DNA of 33,000 nt from Octopus sinensis (GCF_006345805.1 NC_042997.1:199268001-199301000); one strand, 5' to 3'; shown: positions 1 through 11,625, numbered from the stretch's first letter. The notes: generated by a model not told the origin, from the letters alone. Made by a program: numbers and translations.

Positions 1-37
1 AATAGGGATGGAAAGGGAGTTTTAGAGGAATTTTAAA

Positions 38-451
38 GGCGGCGAGCTGGCAGAAACGTTAGCACGCCGGGTGAAATGCCAAACGGTATTTCTTCTGCCG
101 CTACGTTCTGAGTTCAAATCCTCCGAGGTCGACTTTGCCTTTCATCCTTTTGGGGTCGATTAAATAAGTACCACTTACGCACTGGGGTCGATATAATCGA
201 CTTAATCCGCTTGTCTGTCCTTGTTCGTCTCCTCTGTGTTCAGCCCCTTGTGGGGAGTAAAGAAATAGGTATTTTGTCTGCTGTTATGTTCTGAGTTCAA
301 ATTCCGCCACAGTCGACTTTGCCTTTCATCCTTTTGGTGGTCAATTAAATATGTACCAGTTACGCACTGGGGTCGATATAATCGACTTAATCCGTTTGTC
401 TGTCCTTGTTTGTCCTCTCAGTGTTTAGCCCCTTGTGGGTAGTAAAGAAAT
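38..451 (+). mobile_element. SINE family A (GGCGGCGAGCTGGCAGAAACG head): head plus body x2
   Basis: Head plus body 38-267, second body 268-451; matches four other copies in the window; splits an old LINE remnant. Confidence 0.85.
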
Positions 452-612
452 GGGTAAGGGAATTTTAGAGGGTTGATATACTTAGGAGGAAGATTTGGGC
501 ATAGAAGTTAGTGTGACGATTAGGGACCACTCTATATAGAGAAAAGTGGATAGGGGACGTCTAGATGAAGGTGCCAAGAGACAAACCGGCTTTGAAAAAC
601 AGAAGACACTGT
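452..612 (-). mobile_element. Old CR1-type LINE 3' remnant (continues at 1-37 across the SINE)
   Basis: Minus strand gives a decayed RTNxYAQSFxPRTSxLWNSLP-like stretch (TNFYAQIF...). Confidence 0.45.
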
Positions 613-2630
613 AGTATCAAAAGAAAAGGCAGAGAGAGGAGACATCTTATATATATATGTGTGTGTGTGTATCTAACATATACACACACACTAGATATTA
701 GAGTGTAATTTTCATTATTTTACTATTTGTTCATTCTTTCGTTGGTGTTAAAAATAGAATCTGTTCATCAAAATCTTTTCTCTAATGACAAGAGCTTTCA
801 TACAAATAATGCTAAAACATGTTTACAAACTTGAAAACATGACACATGTTGCTTTGGACATAAATCTTATCACATGAACGAATAGAAAACAATAACACAA
901 AGGAAGGTGTGAGCACTCCAGCTGTGGCTGCACTTCTCTTCTGCTGCTTCCAATCATCAGCGTGTTTATGATATGTAATATATTTAATTGGCTATTTCGT
1001 TTCTGTATCAATAACTTACTAAAAATATTAAATATTTTGCAAAATAATTTTGTTATTAACATGTAAGACTTGGTGAAAGGATAATATTCTGTCTTTGAAT
1101 GTTGATATATTTTTCTCTCATAATTTTCTTTAGTTCCTTAATGTAAACCTTAGGAAAACATTTGCACTTACCATTGAATTAAATTTTCAATTCAGGAATT
1201 ATAATGAAGTTAGAGCAGTTCCAAATGCAAAGATTTGTACACCACCATCATCATCATTTTAATTTCAGGCTTTGTGCCTAGAATAGAAAAGAATATCTAT
1301 ACTTGCATAGGCTGGGCATAATTAATTTAAGTAGATTTTCTATAGCTGGATGCTCTACCTGTTACCGACCCTTATCTCTCTTCATGCAAAGTAATATTTT
1401 CCCATGGCCAGACATGTTTTTGCTGAATATTGGAAATGAATGACACAGCTTGTATGACTGACACTCATTTATAAATATCCTGCAATGCCAAGACAAAGGG
1501 ACCCAGACACACATCCATACAATAGGATTTTTCCAGTTTCTTACTTCTTTATTGCCACAAGGGGCTAAAGGAGTTTTCCAATTTCTGTCTATCAAATCCA
1601 CTCACGAGGCTTTGATAAGCCCTAAGGCTATACTCTAAGATACTCACCAAAGCTGTGCACTTAATGTGACTTACTGCAATCTTTCATACCTCTGTCTGTC
1701 TATCTTTTATACCTTTCACTCCGTAATGTGATTGATGTTGATAAGAGAATCTCGCCATAGAAACAGAGCTCAAAATAATAATGAAATTATTGTATACAGT
1801 GCTCAGGCGTAACACAACTTGTCAAAAATGCGTATAAAGTATATGCAGTAATGTACAAATGTCTGGAAATTATGCTTACTAGTGAGATGCTGTCTTTGTA
1901 GCACATCTAGGTGAGCAGCGCACCTGAATATGTGCTGAGTCAGGCCTTGGTGATCCACCCGACCCATGCTAGCATGGAAAGCAAACGTAAAACAGAGATG
2001 ATGGCAATAATATATATATATCTTACACATTCAACCACACATGAAAAGAGAGAAAACTATGTTTGCAGACTGAATGCTATACAGGCAACTAGAATGCTGA
2101 GATCAATGATATCAGCTTTGTGACTGTGTGTGTGTGTGTGTGTGCAGATGTGCACTTGTTTGCGTATGAGACAGACTGGCAGATTCTATACTTATTAGAA
2201 GCAATAGATGATGAGCTTACTTCAGAAATAGCTGTTTCCTTCTTCTTTACTGATATAACTTGACTTTATTTGTAGTTTTCTGAATTGGTCTAATGCGTAT
2301 CATTGCTTATTTCCTTAAACTTCAAGAACTCAAATAAGAATTTCAAGAATTCTTCAAATATACTTCATCTTGCAGTTATATCTGCTGAGATTCGAAATAA
2401 AGCTTTTGAGTGAATCTAATGTAAATGATGTAGATTGATGCTGAAATATGCTTTAAGAGTCATTGGAGATGTTGATTTCTTGTGTTGTGTTGAATTCTTG
2501 GGAATAATTCTTAATTACAAAACTGAAATTAAAGCATGAAGTGACATACAGTTTCTCTATACTTCCACCATGACTTTAAGAATACTTTAAATTTCCTTAA
2601 AAAATGCTTGTGTATGTGTGTGTGTGTGTA

Positions 2631-2661
<31 letters not shown>

Positions 2662-2704
2662 GTGTGTGTGTGTAATATGTAATTATATATATAAGTTTGT
2701 AATA

Positions 2705-3085
2705 TCATCATCATCATCATCATTTAGCGTCCGTTTTCCATGCTAGCATGGGTTGGACGGTTCTACTGGGGTCTGTGAAGCCAGAAGGCTTCATCAGGCC
2801 CAGTCAAATCTGGCAGTGTTTCTACGGCTGGATGCCCTTCCTAACACCAACCACTCCGTGAGTGTAGTGGGTGCTTTTTACGTGCCACCCGCACTGGTGC
2901 CAGACAGAGCTGGAAAACGGCCACGAACGGATGGTGCTTTTTATGTGCCACCGGCACGAGGGCCAGGCGAGGCTGGCAACGGACACGAAACGGGGCGGTG
3001 CTGGCAACGGTCGCAAAACGGAAAGTTCTCTTACATGCCACCGGCACTGGTAACACATCTGCAATTTCCATTGATCGATTTCGAT
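2705..3085 (-). mobile_element. Family E non-autonomous retroposon ((GAT)n tail, GGTGGCACGTAAAAAGCACC modules)
   Basis: Shared tail CCAACCCATGCTAGCATGGAAAACGGACG(C/T)TAAA-(TGA)n and repeated modules; many copies in the window. Confidence 0.8.
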
Positions 3086-3240
3086 ATAATCTACGCCGCC
3101 ATCTCTAGTTATCCGGCCATCAGAAAAATATATATATATATATAATATATATAGATGAAGGTGTATGTATGTATGTATATATGTGTGTGTGTGTGTAATA
3201 TGTAACATATATATATGTAATATATAACTGTAATATGTAA

Positions 3241-3241
<1 letters not shown>

Positions 3242-3272
<31 letters not shown>

Positions 3273-3358
3273 TTAGCGTCCGTTTTCCATGCTAGCATGG
3301 GTTGGACGGTTCTACTGGGGTCTGTGAAGCCAGAAGGCTTCATCAGGCCCAGTCAAAT
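3242..3358 (-). mobile_element. Family E truncated duplicate
   Basis: 3270-3358 is identical to 2721-2809. Confidence 0.85.
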
Positions 3359-3443
3359 ATATATATATATAATCCACGCCGCCATCTCCAGTTATCCGGC
3401 CATTGGAAAAAAATATATATATATACAATATATAATATATATA

Positions 3444-3790
3444 GATGAAGGTGCATGACTCATTGGTTAGAGTGTTGAGCTCACAACTATGAGGTAATGT
3501 GTTCGATTCCCAGACCAAGCAGTGTGTTGTGTTCTAGGGCAAGTCACTTTATTTCATGTTGTCCCAGTTCACTCAACTGTAGAAATGAGTTGTGATGTCA
3601 CTTGTGCAAAGCTGTATTGGCCTTTGCCTTTCCATTAGATAACATTGGTGGCATGGAGAGAAGAGGCTAGTATGCATGTGCGACTGCTGGTCTTCCATAA
3701 ACAACTTTGCCTGGACTTGTGACTCAGAGGGTTAACTTTCTAGGCACAATCAATTGGCCATTCATGATCGAAAGGGGTCTTTACCCTTTA
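3444..3790 (+). mobile_element. SINE family D (GTGAAGGTGCATGGCT head, CORE-like GGGCAAGTCACTT)
   Basis: tRNA-like head; 5' half homologous to 24890-25214. Confidence 0.7.
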
Positions 3791-3866
3791 CACTTTCTTT
3801 CCTTCTCTGAGCATCTGTTAATACTTTGCATGTACCATGTCCTCACATTGTTGATTTTTTGGGGAT

Positions 3867-3868
<2 letters not shown>

Positions 3869-3945
<77 letters not shown>
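3869..3945. repeat. Compound (TA)n-(GA)n microsatellite
   Basis: Read directly. Confidence 0.95.
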
Positions 3946-3946
<1 letters not shown>

Positions 3947-4085
3947 GTTATGAGAGGTAATAGTGCCATTGAGACCCAAAAGTGTCAGGTAATGCTGAAC
4001 AAGTGCTATAGATAGACCATAGTTAAGTTCCAGGTTCAGTGATTATGCGAATAAGTGGTTCAACGTTGGTCATATGTCAGCGTGT

Positions 4086-4306
4086 GTATATAAAAAAATT
4101 TTTCGTAATGAGATAAAAAACCAAGGCTGTGTAAATTTTAGAACATTTATAGATAGAAGGTCTTACAGTAGTTTCTAGGATATTTATATCTCTTTATCGG
4201 AGCCGGTGTGAGAGGATGGTTAAATAATAGTTAATTTAGATAAGATACAAAATAGAGAGTGAGGTGGAGGAAAGAAAATAGATGTGAGATATGTAGGGAT
4301 ATATAA
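4086..4306 (-). mobile_element. PLE-like terminus with a degenerate hammerhead
   Basis: Minus strand 4204->4159 reads GGCT-CCGATAA-AGA-GATAT-AA-ATATC-CTA-GAAAC-TACT-GTA-AGACC. CTGANGA has decayed to CCGATAA. Element limits are approximate. Confidence 0.5.
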
Positions 4307-4400
4307 TAATCTGCTATTATACCATAGCTCACATTCTACACTATTTACCAATCATCTTCAGTTGATTCTGAAAGGTATTTTTCATTCACTATACTTCAAC

Positions 4401-4705
4401 CTTGTGGAGGCACATGGCCTAGTGGTTAGAGCAGCAGACTCGCAGTCGAGGGATCGCAGGTTCGAATCTCATACCGGGTAATGTGTGTGTTTATAAGCGA
4501 AGCACCTAAGCTCCACACGGCTCAGGCAGAAGGTAATGGCGAACTTCTGCTGACCCTTTCACCACAACTTTTTCTCACTCTTTCTTCCTGCATCTTGCAG
4601 CTCACCTGCAACAGACTGGCATCCTGTCCAGGTGGGGAACCTATACGCCAAGGAAAATGGGAAACCGGCCCTTATGAGCCAAGCGTGGCTCGAGAAGGAA
4701 CAAAC
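4401..4705 (+). mobile_element. SINE family C (TGGCCTAGTGGTTAG...GGTTCGAATC tRNA-derived head) with TSD
   Basis: A and B boxes; direct repeat ATACTTCAAC at 4391-4400 and 4706-4715. Confidence 0.85.
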
Positions 4706-5759
4706 ATACTTCAACATCGATAATACTAACTTTACGCTACTACTTCTTTTCTCCTTATATCAACAAAGCAAAAATTACAATAATAGTTTGTTTTTTTGTT
4801 TTGTTCTAACATGTTGAATTTATTTTGATGCAGTCTAACCAAATTAATTTCTTGCTTGTTAGGGAATGTGAAGATAATTAGAAAGGAAATAATAAAATTT
4901 ATATTTCTTGTCAACTTTCCTTAATTATTTAATAATAGGGAAAACAAAGATGAGGATAATTTTAACTTTTTGTACTTCATAAAATTAATGTATAGAAAAT
5001 TATTTAATTTCGCTTACTAAATTATCATAAAATATCTGAATGTATAAATTGTATTTCGTATTCTGCTGATGAATTCGAATAATTAGTTTTCTATTGATAT
5101 TTTGCATTAAACTTGTCAAAAAAGTTCTTAATTATCAAACATTTCAACAAAAAACAGTTTTTCATATATAAGTATGAAATTGAAGCAAGAATTCAAATTT
5201 ATGTCCAAATCCCTCATTTTGCAATTATGCTTCAAATTCCTGGTTGGTGATGTGTTCACAATATCAGTTTCAGTGGAGCTAATTAATATTTTGGTTTTAC
5301 TTTTTGGAACTGTGAGAAAGAGGTAGCGCCCAAAGCCTTTGCAGATCCTATAAGAACAGTGGCATTAATACAATTCATGCTATTTTTGAACTTCTGCAAG
5401 TGATGACATGCAGGAAAGACCTGAGCAGAGAGAGAGAGAATTCCAAGGGATCAATATTTTGGGAAAGAAGGACTGGGTGTAGTGATTAGTGAGAGGTGAA
5501 GGAGGAGGTGGACATAGCTAGGATGATGATGATGAGGAGGAGGAGGAGAGATAGATACAACCAGAAACAAGGAGCAAAGGCTATCATAGTACTGGTATCC
5601 CTTATCCTTCAACCACTATCTGTTGTGGCCATGTAGGCCCCAGGCAGCAGGTGAGCTAATCTTGCCCTCTTGATCTTGTCCTTTGTCTTAGTGTCCATTG
5701 TGTCACCCTGATTGTCCATCTTTCGTACTTCAGTCATGCAATGTGGCCATCTCATCAAT

Positions 5760-6062
5760 ATTTATATCATTTACATTATTTACATTTGACAGATATTTGT
5801 CCTCATCTTCGTTAGTTAGTTAGTTAATTTTTTGGCTCAAAAAGCAAAAAGCAAGGCCATGTAGGGGGACATGGAGTTATGTACAGGGTGGTGTTCATGT
5901 AAAGAGTTCAGGCCACTTGTGGTCAAGGGAGACTTTGTACCGAGCGGTCGTCGGCATCTTCACCATCTCGTCCGGCAACTTATTCCACAGATCCGCAGTT
6001 GTTAACACAACATTTCGGCTGATATAATAATGTACATAATTCCTCATCTCTTAAATATAGAA
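5760..6062. mobile_element. PLE-like terminus with truncated hammerhead half, interrupted by a CR1 3' end
   Basis: Minus strand 6025->6009 reads ATATCAGCC-GAAAT-GTT (3' half of a hammerhead; no CTGANGA upstream). Family assignment rests on remembered octopus repeats. Confidence 0.4.
5811..5997 (-). mobile_element. 5'-truncated CR1-clade LINE 3' end with (TAAC)n tail
   Basis: Minus strand translates to ADLWNKLPDEMVKMPTTARYKVSLDHKWPELFT* (CR1 ORF2 C-terminal WNxLP motif), then a short 3' UTR and TAACTAACTAAC. Confidence 0.75.
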
Positions 6063-6730
6063 TATATCTATATTTGTTCTCCTTGATGGTTTTCATGTTA
6101 TTGTCAACTCTCCTGTGCTGTTGGAGAGTGTTTCGGACATTCAAAGTGGTGGAAAGTAGCAATTTCGATGACCAAATGTCGTAGTTGAGAGACAGGCTTG
6201 TGATTTTTATTCAGTTTTTTTTTTATTTTGTGATTCTGTTCATTAGTTTACCTACAATCATTACTCGAGCTGTGTAAGCAACTATCTATTTTTTTGTTCA
6301 GGAACCCAGGTAGAAGTTAAAGTTAGATGCTGGGGCTCGAGTCAGAGTGGGTAAATAACCACCAGGATATAGATTATGATATGATGTCAAAGCTTTCAAT
6401 CAATCAATAAATACTTGATAGAGAGACTTGATCTCAACAAGGAACTTTTCTTACAGTTGTTTCATTATAAAGGGACCATCAGGGCTACTGTGATATGCTG
6501 ATCTGGGATCAGCCCAAATTCTATCAGTTTGCTACTCCTGAAGTCATTATTTTACAGAACATCTCCTTTACCCATGTTACAGGTGATAATATACTACTAT
6601 TTTCAGTGGAAAATCCTTCGAATTCTGACTCGCTGCTTGACAGAATGAAATTCGTATCCATTTTTTGTCAGAATTACAAATTTACTAAACACAGCAGGAA
6701 CAAATTTGGAAAAAAATCTCCCAAAAAGCA

Positions 6731-6892
6731 GGTGCAGTAGTGGCTGTGTGCTAAGTAGCTTGCTTACCAACCACATGGTTCCGGGTTCAGTCCCACTGCC
6801 TGGCACCTTGGGCAAGTGTCTTCTACTATAGTCTCAGGCCAACCAAAGCCTTGTGAGTGGATTTGGTAGATGGAAACTGAGAGAAGCCCATC

Positions 6893-6929
<37 letters not shown>

Positions 6930-7166
6930 GTATTTGTGTGTGTTTGTGTGTCTGTGTATATGTTTGTGTGTCTGTGTTTGTCCCCCCAACATCGCTTGAC
7001 AACCGATGCTGGTGTGTTAATGTCCCTGTAACTTAGTGGTTTGGCTATAGAGACTGATAGAATAACTACTAGGCTTACAAAGAATAAGTCCTGGGGTCGA
7101 TTTGTTTGACTAAAGGCAGTGCTCCAGCATGGCCACAGTCAAATGACTAAAACAAGTAACAGAGTA
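6731..7166 (+). mobile_element. SINE family B (GGAGTGGCTGTGTGGTAAG head, internal (TA)n/(TG)n)
   Basis: tRNA-like A/B boxes (GGTTCAGTCCC) and a CCTTGGGCAAG core-like motif; collinear with 20525-20960. Confidence 0.85.
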
Positions 7167-7540
7167 TGCTAGTCATTTGGAATGATACCTTGGTTGGTTG
7201 TAATCATCCTATAGAATGCAAAGTGAAATTTAGATTCAAACTCTTCTATCGTTGTTTCTTTAGAGAAATGACAAAAGTGAAAAACACTTTGTCGAGCTGT
7301 CATTATTGAAATTCACATCAGGATGATGAGTGTAAGCAGATACCTTGCATTGGAACTAATCAAATTTTTAATTATTTTTGCATTTAGGGAGAAGAAAATA
7401 TTTTTGTGTGAATTCAAAATGTCATAAAATGCATTACAAAATGGGTTTTTTTTCAAAATTATTTCTGTAGCCTTAGATTCTTTCTGACAGCAATAAAAGA
7501 TTTTTGTGGTTAAGATTTTCATTTCATACATTTAACAAAA

Positions 7541-7821
7541 CATTTGAGCGACGTTGTTGCCAGTGCCGCTGGACTAACTTCTGTGAAGGTGGCACGTAAA
7601 AAACGCCATTTTGAGCGTGGCTACTGCTAGATTGGCCCTCATGCCGGTGGCACGTAAAAAGCACCCACTACACTCTCGGAGTATTTGGCGTTATGAAGGG
7701 CATCCAGCTGTAGAAACTCTGCCAGATCAGATTGGAGCCTGGCGCAGCCATCTGGTTCGCCAGTCCTCAGTCAAATCATCCAACCCATGCTAGCAAGGAA
7801 AGCGGACGTTAAATGATCATG
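7541..7821 (+). mobile_element. Family E
   Basis: Same modules and tail. Confidence 0.8.
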
Positions 7822-8753
7822 AACTACAAGGTTCTGAGTTCAATCTCACTGCACAGCAGCTTGGCCATGTCTCTTCTGTTGTGGTTCAAGATGATTGACC
7901 CCTTGTCAACGGGATTGTATGCATGCATGTTTGTGCATGTTCATATCCCTGTATGAGTTACTGTTTATTAGTGTAAACATGTCCAAACATTAACTTACCA
8001 GTTCAAGAAGCAGAGATCAATAAAATAAATACCAGCCTCAAATAATCACTGATCAACTAAAATCTTTGAAGTGGGGTCCCAGCAGGACACATTCCAATTG
8101 CGGAAACGAATAAAAGATTGCCATTGCACCTAACTTTTGAATGCCATTCATTAACCTTCACAAAAAAAAAAAAAAAAGTTACTTGTGATATTTTATATTT
8201 TGTAACCATTTCTTTTGGTAGAAAAATTCTCGCTTTTCCTTCTTTATTTTTACTTTCTTTTATCTCTAAACTCTTTTACTTTTAAATATTACCGGCTCTA
8301 TTGTTCTAGATCAGTTCAGTTTTCTTTTTTGCTTTTTACTTTCCTTTCATGTATCATTTAAGAACAAATTGCTAAGGGTTTACTCTTAAATCATAATAAT
8401 CATTTTTTCCTTTAGAAACTCAATGAAACTAACACAATGGGTGTCTGATATTTTCCATAGGCCGGGTACAGTTTTCTTATTTTTAAGTAAATAGTAAGTA
8501 CTGTAGAGTTATTTAAAATATATTCACACTAAGAGTGATTGTTCAACAAAACCTTATACAAGACATTGTAATTCAGAGACATTCTAGACTGCAGTTAGTA
8601 TTACAAAAACTAAAAACTTCCTGGTATTTTTTTGTTAAAGAAAGATGTTCAGTAACACTTCCATTCAGGTGGAGAGGGACACTTTTTTCCTTTTTTCTTC
8701 TACCTAGACATTAGCTTCTATACATATCTGAAAATATTTTAAAAGAATATTAC

Positions 8754-8828
8754 CAAATTAGTTTTATTGTCCACTTCATTGAACATCATAATCAGGTTTC
8801 TGAATCCCATTATAGTTCTACTATAGAC
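8754..8828 (-). CDS. Candidate internal exon (VYSRTIMGFRNLIMMFNEVDNKTNL)
   Basis: TTTTTCAG acceptor and TTG|GTAATA donor; 75 nt, phase 0-0; only one frame open. Confidence 0.35.
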
Positions 8829-9050
8829 CTGAAAAACACCGATTCAATTTATTTTTTCCTCTTTCTCAAACAATCAGAAAAAAACATTTTTAAAATGAAT
8901 TACTCTGGCTGACAGTATATTAACATACTCTTATAAACTCCTGAAAGTTTAAACTTTTGTTAAATGAATATTTTATACCATTAGCGACAAATAGCATTAA
9001 AAAATCCACTTCACATAAAACAAAATAAGTAATATATATATATATATATA

Positions 9051-9278
9051 TATAATTTAAAAATAGGATAAAATCTTTATAAGAATTTATCAAGTAGTCA
9101 GTGTGAAAAACATTATAAGAGAAAAAAAATCCACCAATTTTTTCACTTAAATATATTTATTTATATTATATATAGAAGGCATTACTACACATAAATGCTA
9201 CACACTAGGAGGGACTCTTAAAGTCAAAACTTAAAGTAGTCCCTCCTAGTAAGTGGCATTTATGTGTAGTAATGCCCC
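9051..9278. mobile_element. PLE-like fold-back terminus between (TA)n tracts
   Basis: 39-bp inverted arms 9178-9216 and 9238-9276 (3 mismatches) with a 21-nt loop containing AAAAC-TTAAA-GTA-GTCCCT (possible hammerhead 3' half). The left arm extends about 125 bp unpaired to (TA)n. Confidence 0.5.
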
Positions 9279-9493
9279 ATATATATATATATATGTATGT
9301 ATGTATAAGCAATCCATTTTGCTTTGATAATAGAAAAATTGTTGATAACCTGATCTTCGCTTGTGCAAAATGATAATGGTAGCAAGATGCAAACTTCTTT
9401 TCCTGCAATATCGTCTTATCTGGGTACTTCAGTACAAAACTGCTTTGTCTTCTGAAATTTCATTTGTGCAGAGAGATGGCTCTAACAGCTTAC

Positions 9494-9564
9494 CCTAATA
9501 TGCAAAAGATTACTCATAGCTATTTGAAAGAACAAATTTTCTTGTATAGAAGAAGTTGGAATAT
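9494..9564 (-). CDS. Candidate internal exon (D-IPTSSIQENLFFQIAMSNLLHIR)
   Basis: CTTATCTGCTATTCTTAG acceptor and AGG|GTAAGC donor; only one frame open; phase 1 to 0. Confidence 0.35.
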
Positions 9565-10570
9565 CTAAGAATAGCAGATAAGCAGACTCACCTACCTGGC
9601 AGTTTTTATAATCTACTAAAAACTTATACCATACTAATGATGGTGATAACAATGATAGACATATCGAGATAGTATGTATTCCTGATTTCCTAAAACAATG
9701 TGATAGACATGATTATCCTCGTGGAAAATATGACTGCTGTAAATAACAATGCAGAAGACTGTGTAATGTGGGGGATATATTAACAGAGATATGAAATAAA
9801 TTCGAGAACTACTTTGTTAAATATCGAATTCTCATTGTGACTATTGAAAGAAAGACATATTTCGCATGTTAAGAGTTGGCATATTGTATCTCAAAAGTGA
9901 ATAATATCAGAATTAATGACAGATATTTTAATGTGTTTCGCAGCACTGGAGAGTTGCTGCTTTTAGCAACTTTCAAGAATAATTCTCATTACAGTCAACT
10001 TCGTAGCTGTATTAAAAGAATAAAAAAAGAATAGGGTAACAAAAAAAAAAAAGAATAAGAAGGGAGATAGAAATGCTGTACTGAAGGCAGGTGTTGAAAG
10101 TTGCTGAATGAGTGTGTTAATATAATATTGTGAAGTTACAACATTGCAAAATGTAAGGAAAGGTAGCTTTGAGTGACGTTTACAGAGGAAATTTATTGTA
10201 AATTGTGAATGGTTGAATAGTGGTATTCAAAGACTGTTTAATAGTGTCAAAGATTGGAAACTGGCAAGATAAATGTAACTTTGGGCTGAAAATTTATTCT
10301 CTCCACAACTATTTCACCTCTATCATTTTCAAACCCATTTTGCATTTAAATTACAATTGTGAAATCCCTACATTATCAACTTGTCTAGAAACTGCTTCTG
10401 GTCCTATGATACAAACTCCCTGTTTTAAAATGATCTTAATTAAAGCCTTCCATTAAAGTTTTATGTTAATTTATGTTCCAAACACCAACTTAATAATGAC
10501 AAAATTATTTTTAATAATTCTTTTATTTTTTCAAGATTAATTGTAACAAATAACTGTATTTCAACAGAAA

Positions 10571-10905
10571 TCATCATCATCATCGTTTAACGTCTGTTTT
10601 TCCACGCTAGCATGGGTTGGACGGTTCGACTGGGGTCTGGGAAGACAGGAGGCTGCACCAGGCCCAAAAATGATCTGGCAGTGTTTCTACAGCTGGATGC
10701 CCTTCTTAATGTAGATGCTTTTTAACATGCCACCGGCACAGGGGTCAGTTGGAGCTGGCATCGACCATGATCGTTTGTTTGTTTTTTACGTGTCACTGAC
10801 AAGGACGCCAGTCAGGCGGCGCTGGCATCAGCCACGTTCAGATGATGCTTTTTACGTGCCACCGGCACGGGTATCATAACTGCAATTTCCATTTTATTTT
10901 TATTT
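10571..10905 (-). mobile_element. Family E
   Basis: (CAT)n start, same tail and modules in reverse orientation. Confidence 0.8.
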
Positions 10906-11122
10906 TGATGTTGGTATTGACATACTTGACTCAATAGGTCCCCTCAAGCACAGCGGGTCACCCTACAATCTGAGGTTAGCACAGCAGGCCGTCCTGCAAG
11001 CCATGAACTCACTTCAGTTCTCGGGTTTTCGCAGTCACAGCATATCTCAGAGGTCTTGGTCTTTCGTCATTATAGTAACAAAAAAATTTTTTTAAAAGAG
11101 TTAAATGAGACAATGCTTTTAA

Positions 11123-11342
11123 CCCTTTCGCATGTAAACCCGCTACATCTGGCACAAATATTCTACCTGTTTTATATTTGGACTTACCAGATCTAGCCTC
11201 TCACATTTACCCTACAATGTCATTCTAAAAACGAACAATCACATTATTGATATCTCAAACCAATGAGATAAAACATGATTAATTCAAAACAATATGAATA
11301 GATAAACATTGCATTTGATAGAGTGATCTGAACGGCGAAGGG
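11123..11342. mobile_element. piggyBac-type MITE, family P1
   Basis: TTAA|CCCTTTCG ... GCGAAGGG|TTAA; interior homologous to 14003-14222. Confidence 0.8.
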
Positions 11343-11583
11343 TTAAAGTAATCTTCATCTCAGCAAAATAAATTAGAATTATAAAAGATTATCAAATAGA
11401 AAAAAGAAAAAAAAGAAACATGATTTTGGTCTTAATTTTGAATATTTTAGAGAAATACAGACAAGCTGCTAATAAAGATGTTAATTTTATAGCGAGAATA
11501 TATCTTCTGAAAATATTTAGATCTACTTATGCAGGTAAACTGAACATTTCAAATAATTTAATTTGCATTTATGCAAAATAGTC

Positions 11584-11584
<1 letters not shown>

Positions 11585-11624
<40 letters not shown>
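11585..11624. repeat. (ATT)n microsatellite
   Basis: Read directly. Confidence 0.95.

Positions 11625-11625
<1 letters not shown>

Noticed and set aside
880-1062. Terminal exon with hydrophobic or GPI-like C-terminus (either strand)
   Set aside because: Open stretches exist in several frames with in-frame stops just upstream and no convincing acceptor.
2770-2800. CTGATGA-AGCC-TTCT-GGCT on the minus strand as a hammerhead (also at about 3340)
   Set aside because: No GAAA follows the stem (TCAC instead). Other family E copies read CTGGTGCAGCC here, so the match arose by mutation.
4405-4480. tRNA genes at SINE heads (also 3444, 6731, 24890, 27447)
   Set aside because: Only A/B-box-like remnants without a full cloverleaf, followed by repeat bodies and flanked by TSDs; these are tRNA-derived SINEs.
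5066-5082. CTGATGA in CTGATGAATTCGAATAA
   Set aside because: No GAAA and no stems I or III.
7993-8060. Strong minus-strand donor CTG|GTAAGTT
   Set aside because: It lies in what looks like a decayed SINE B tail, with no open exon upstream.
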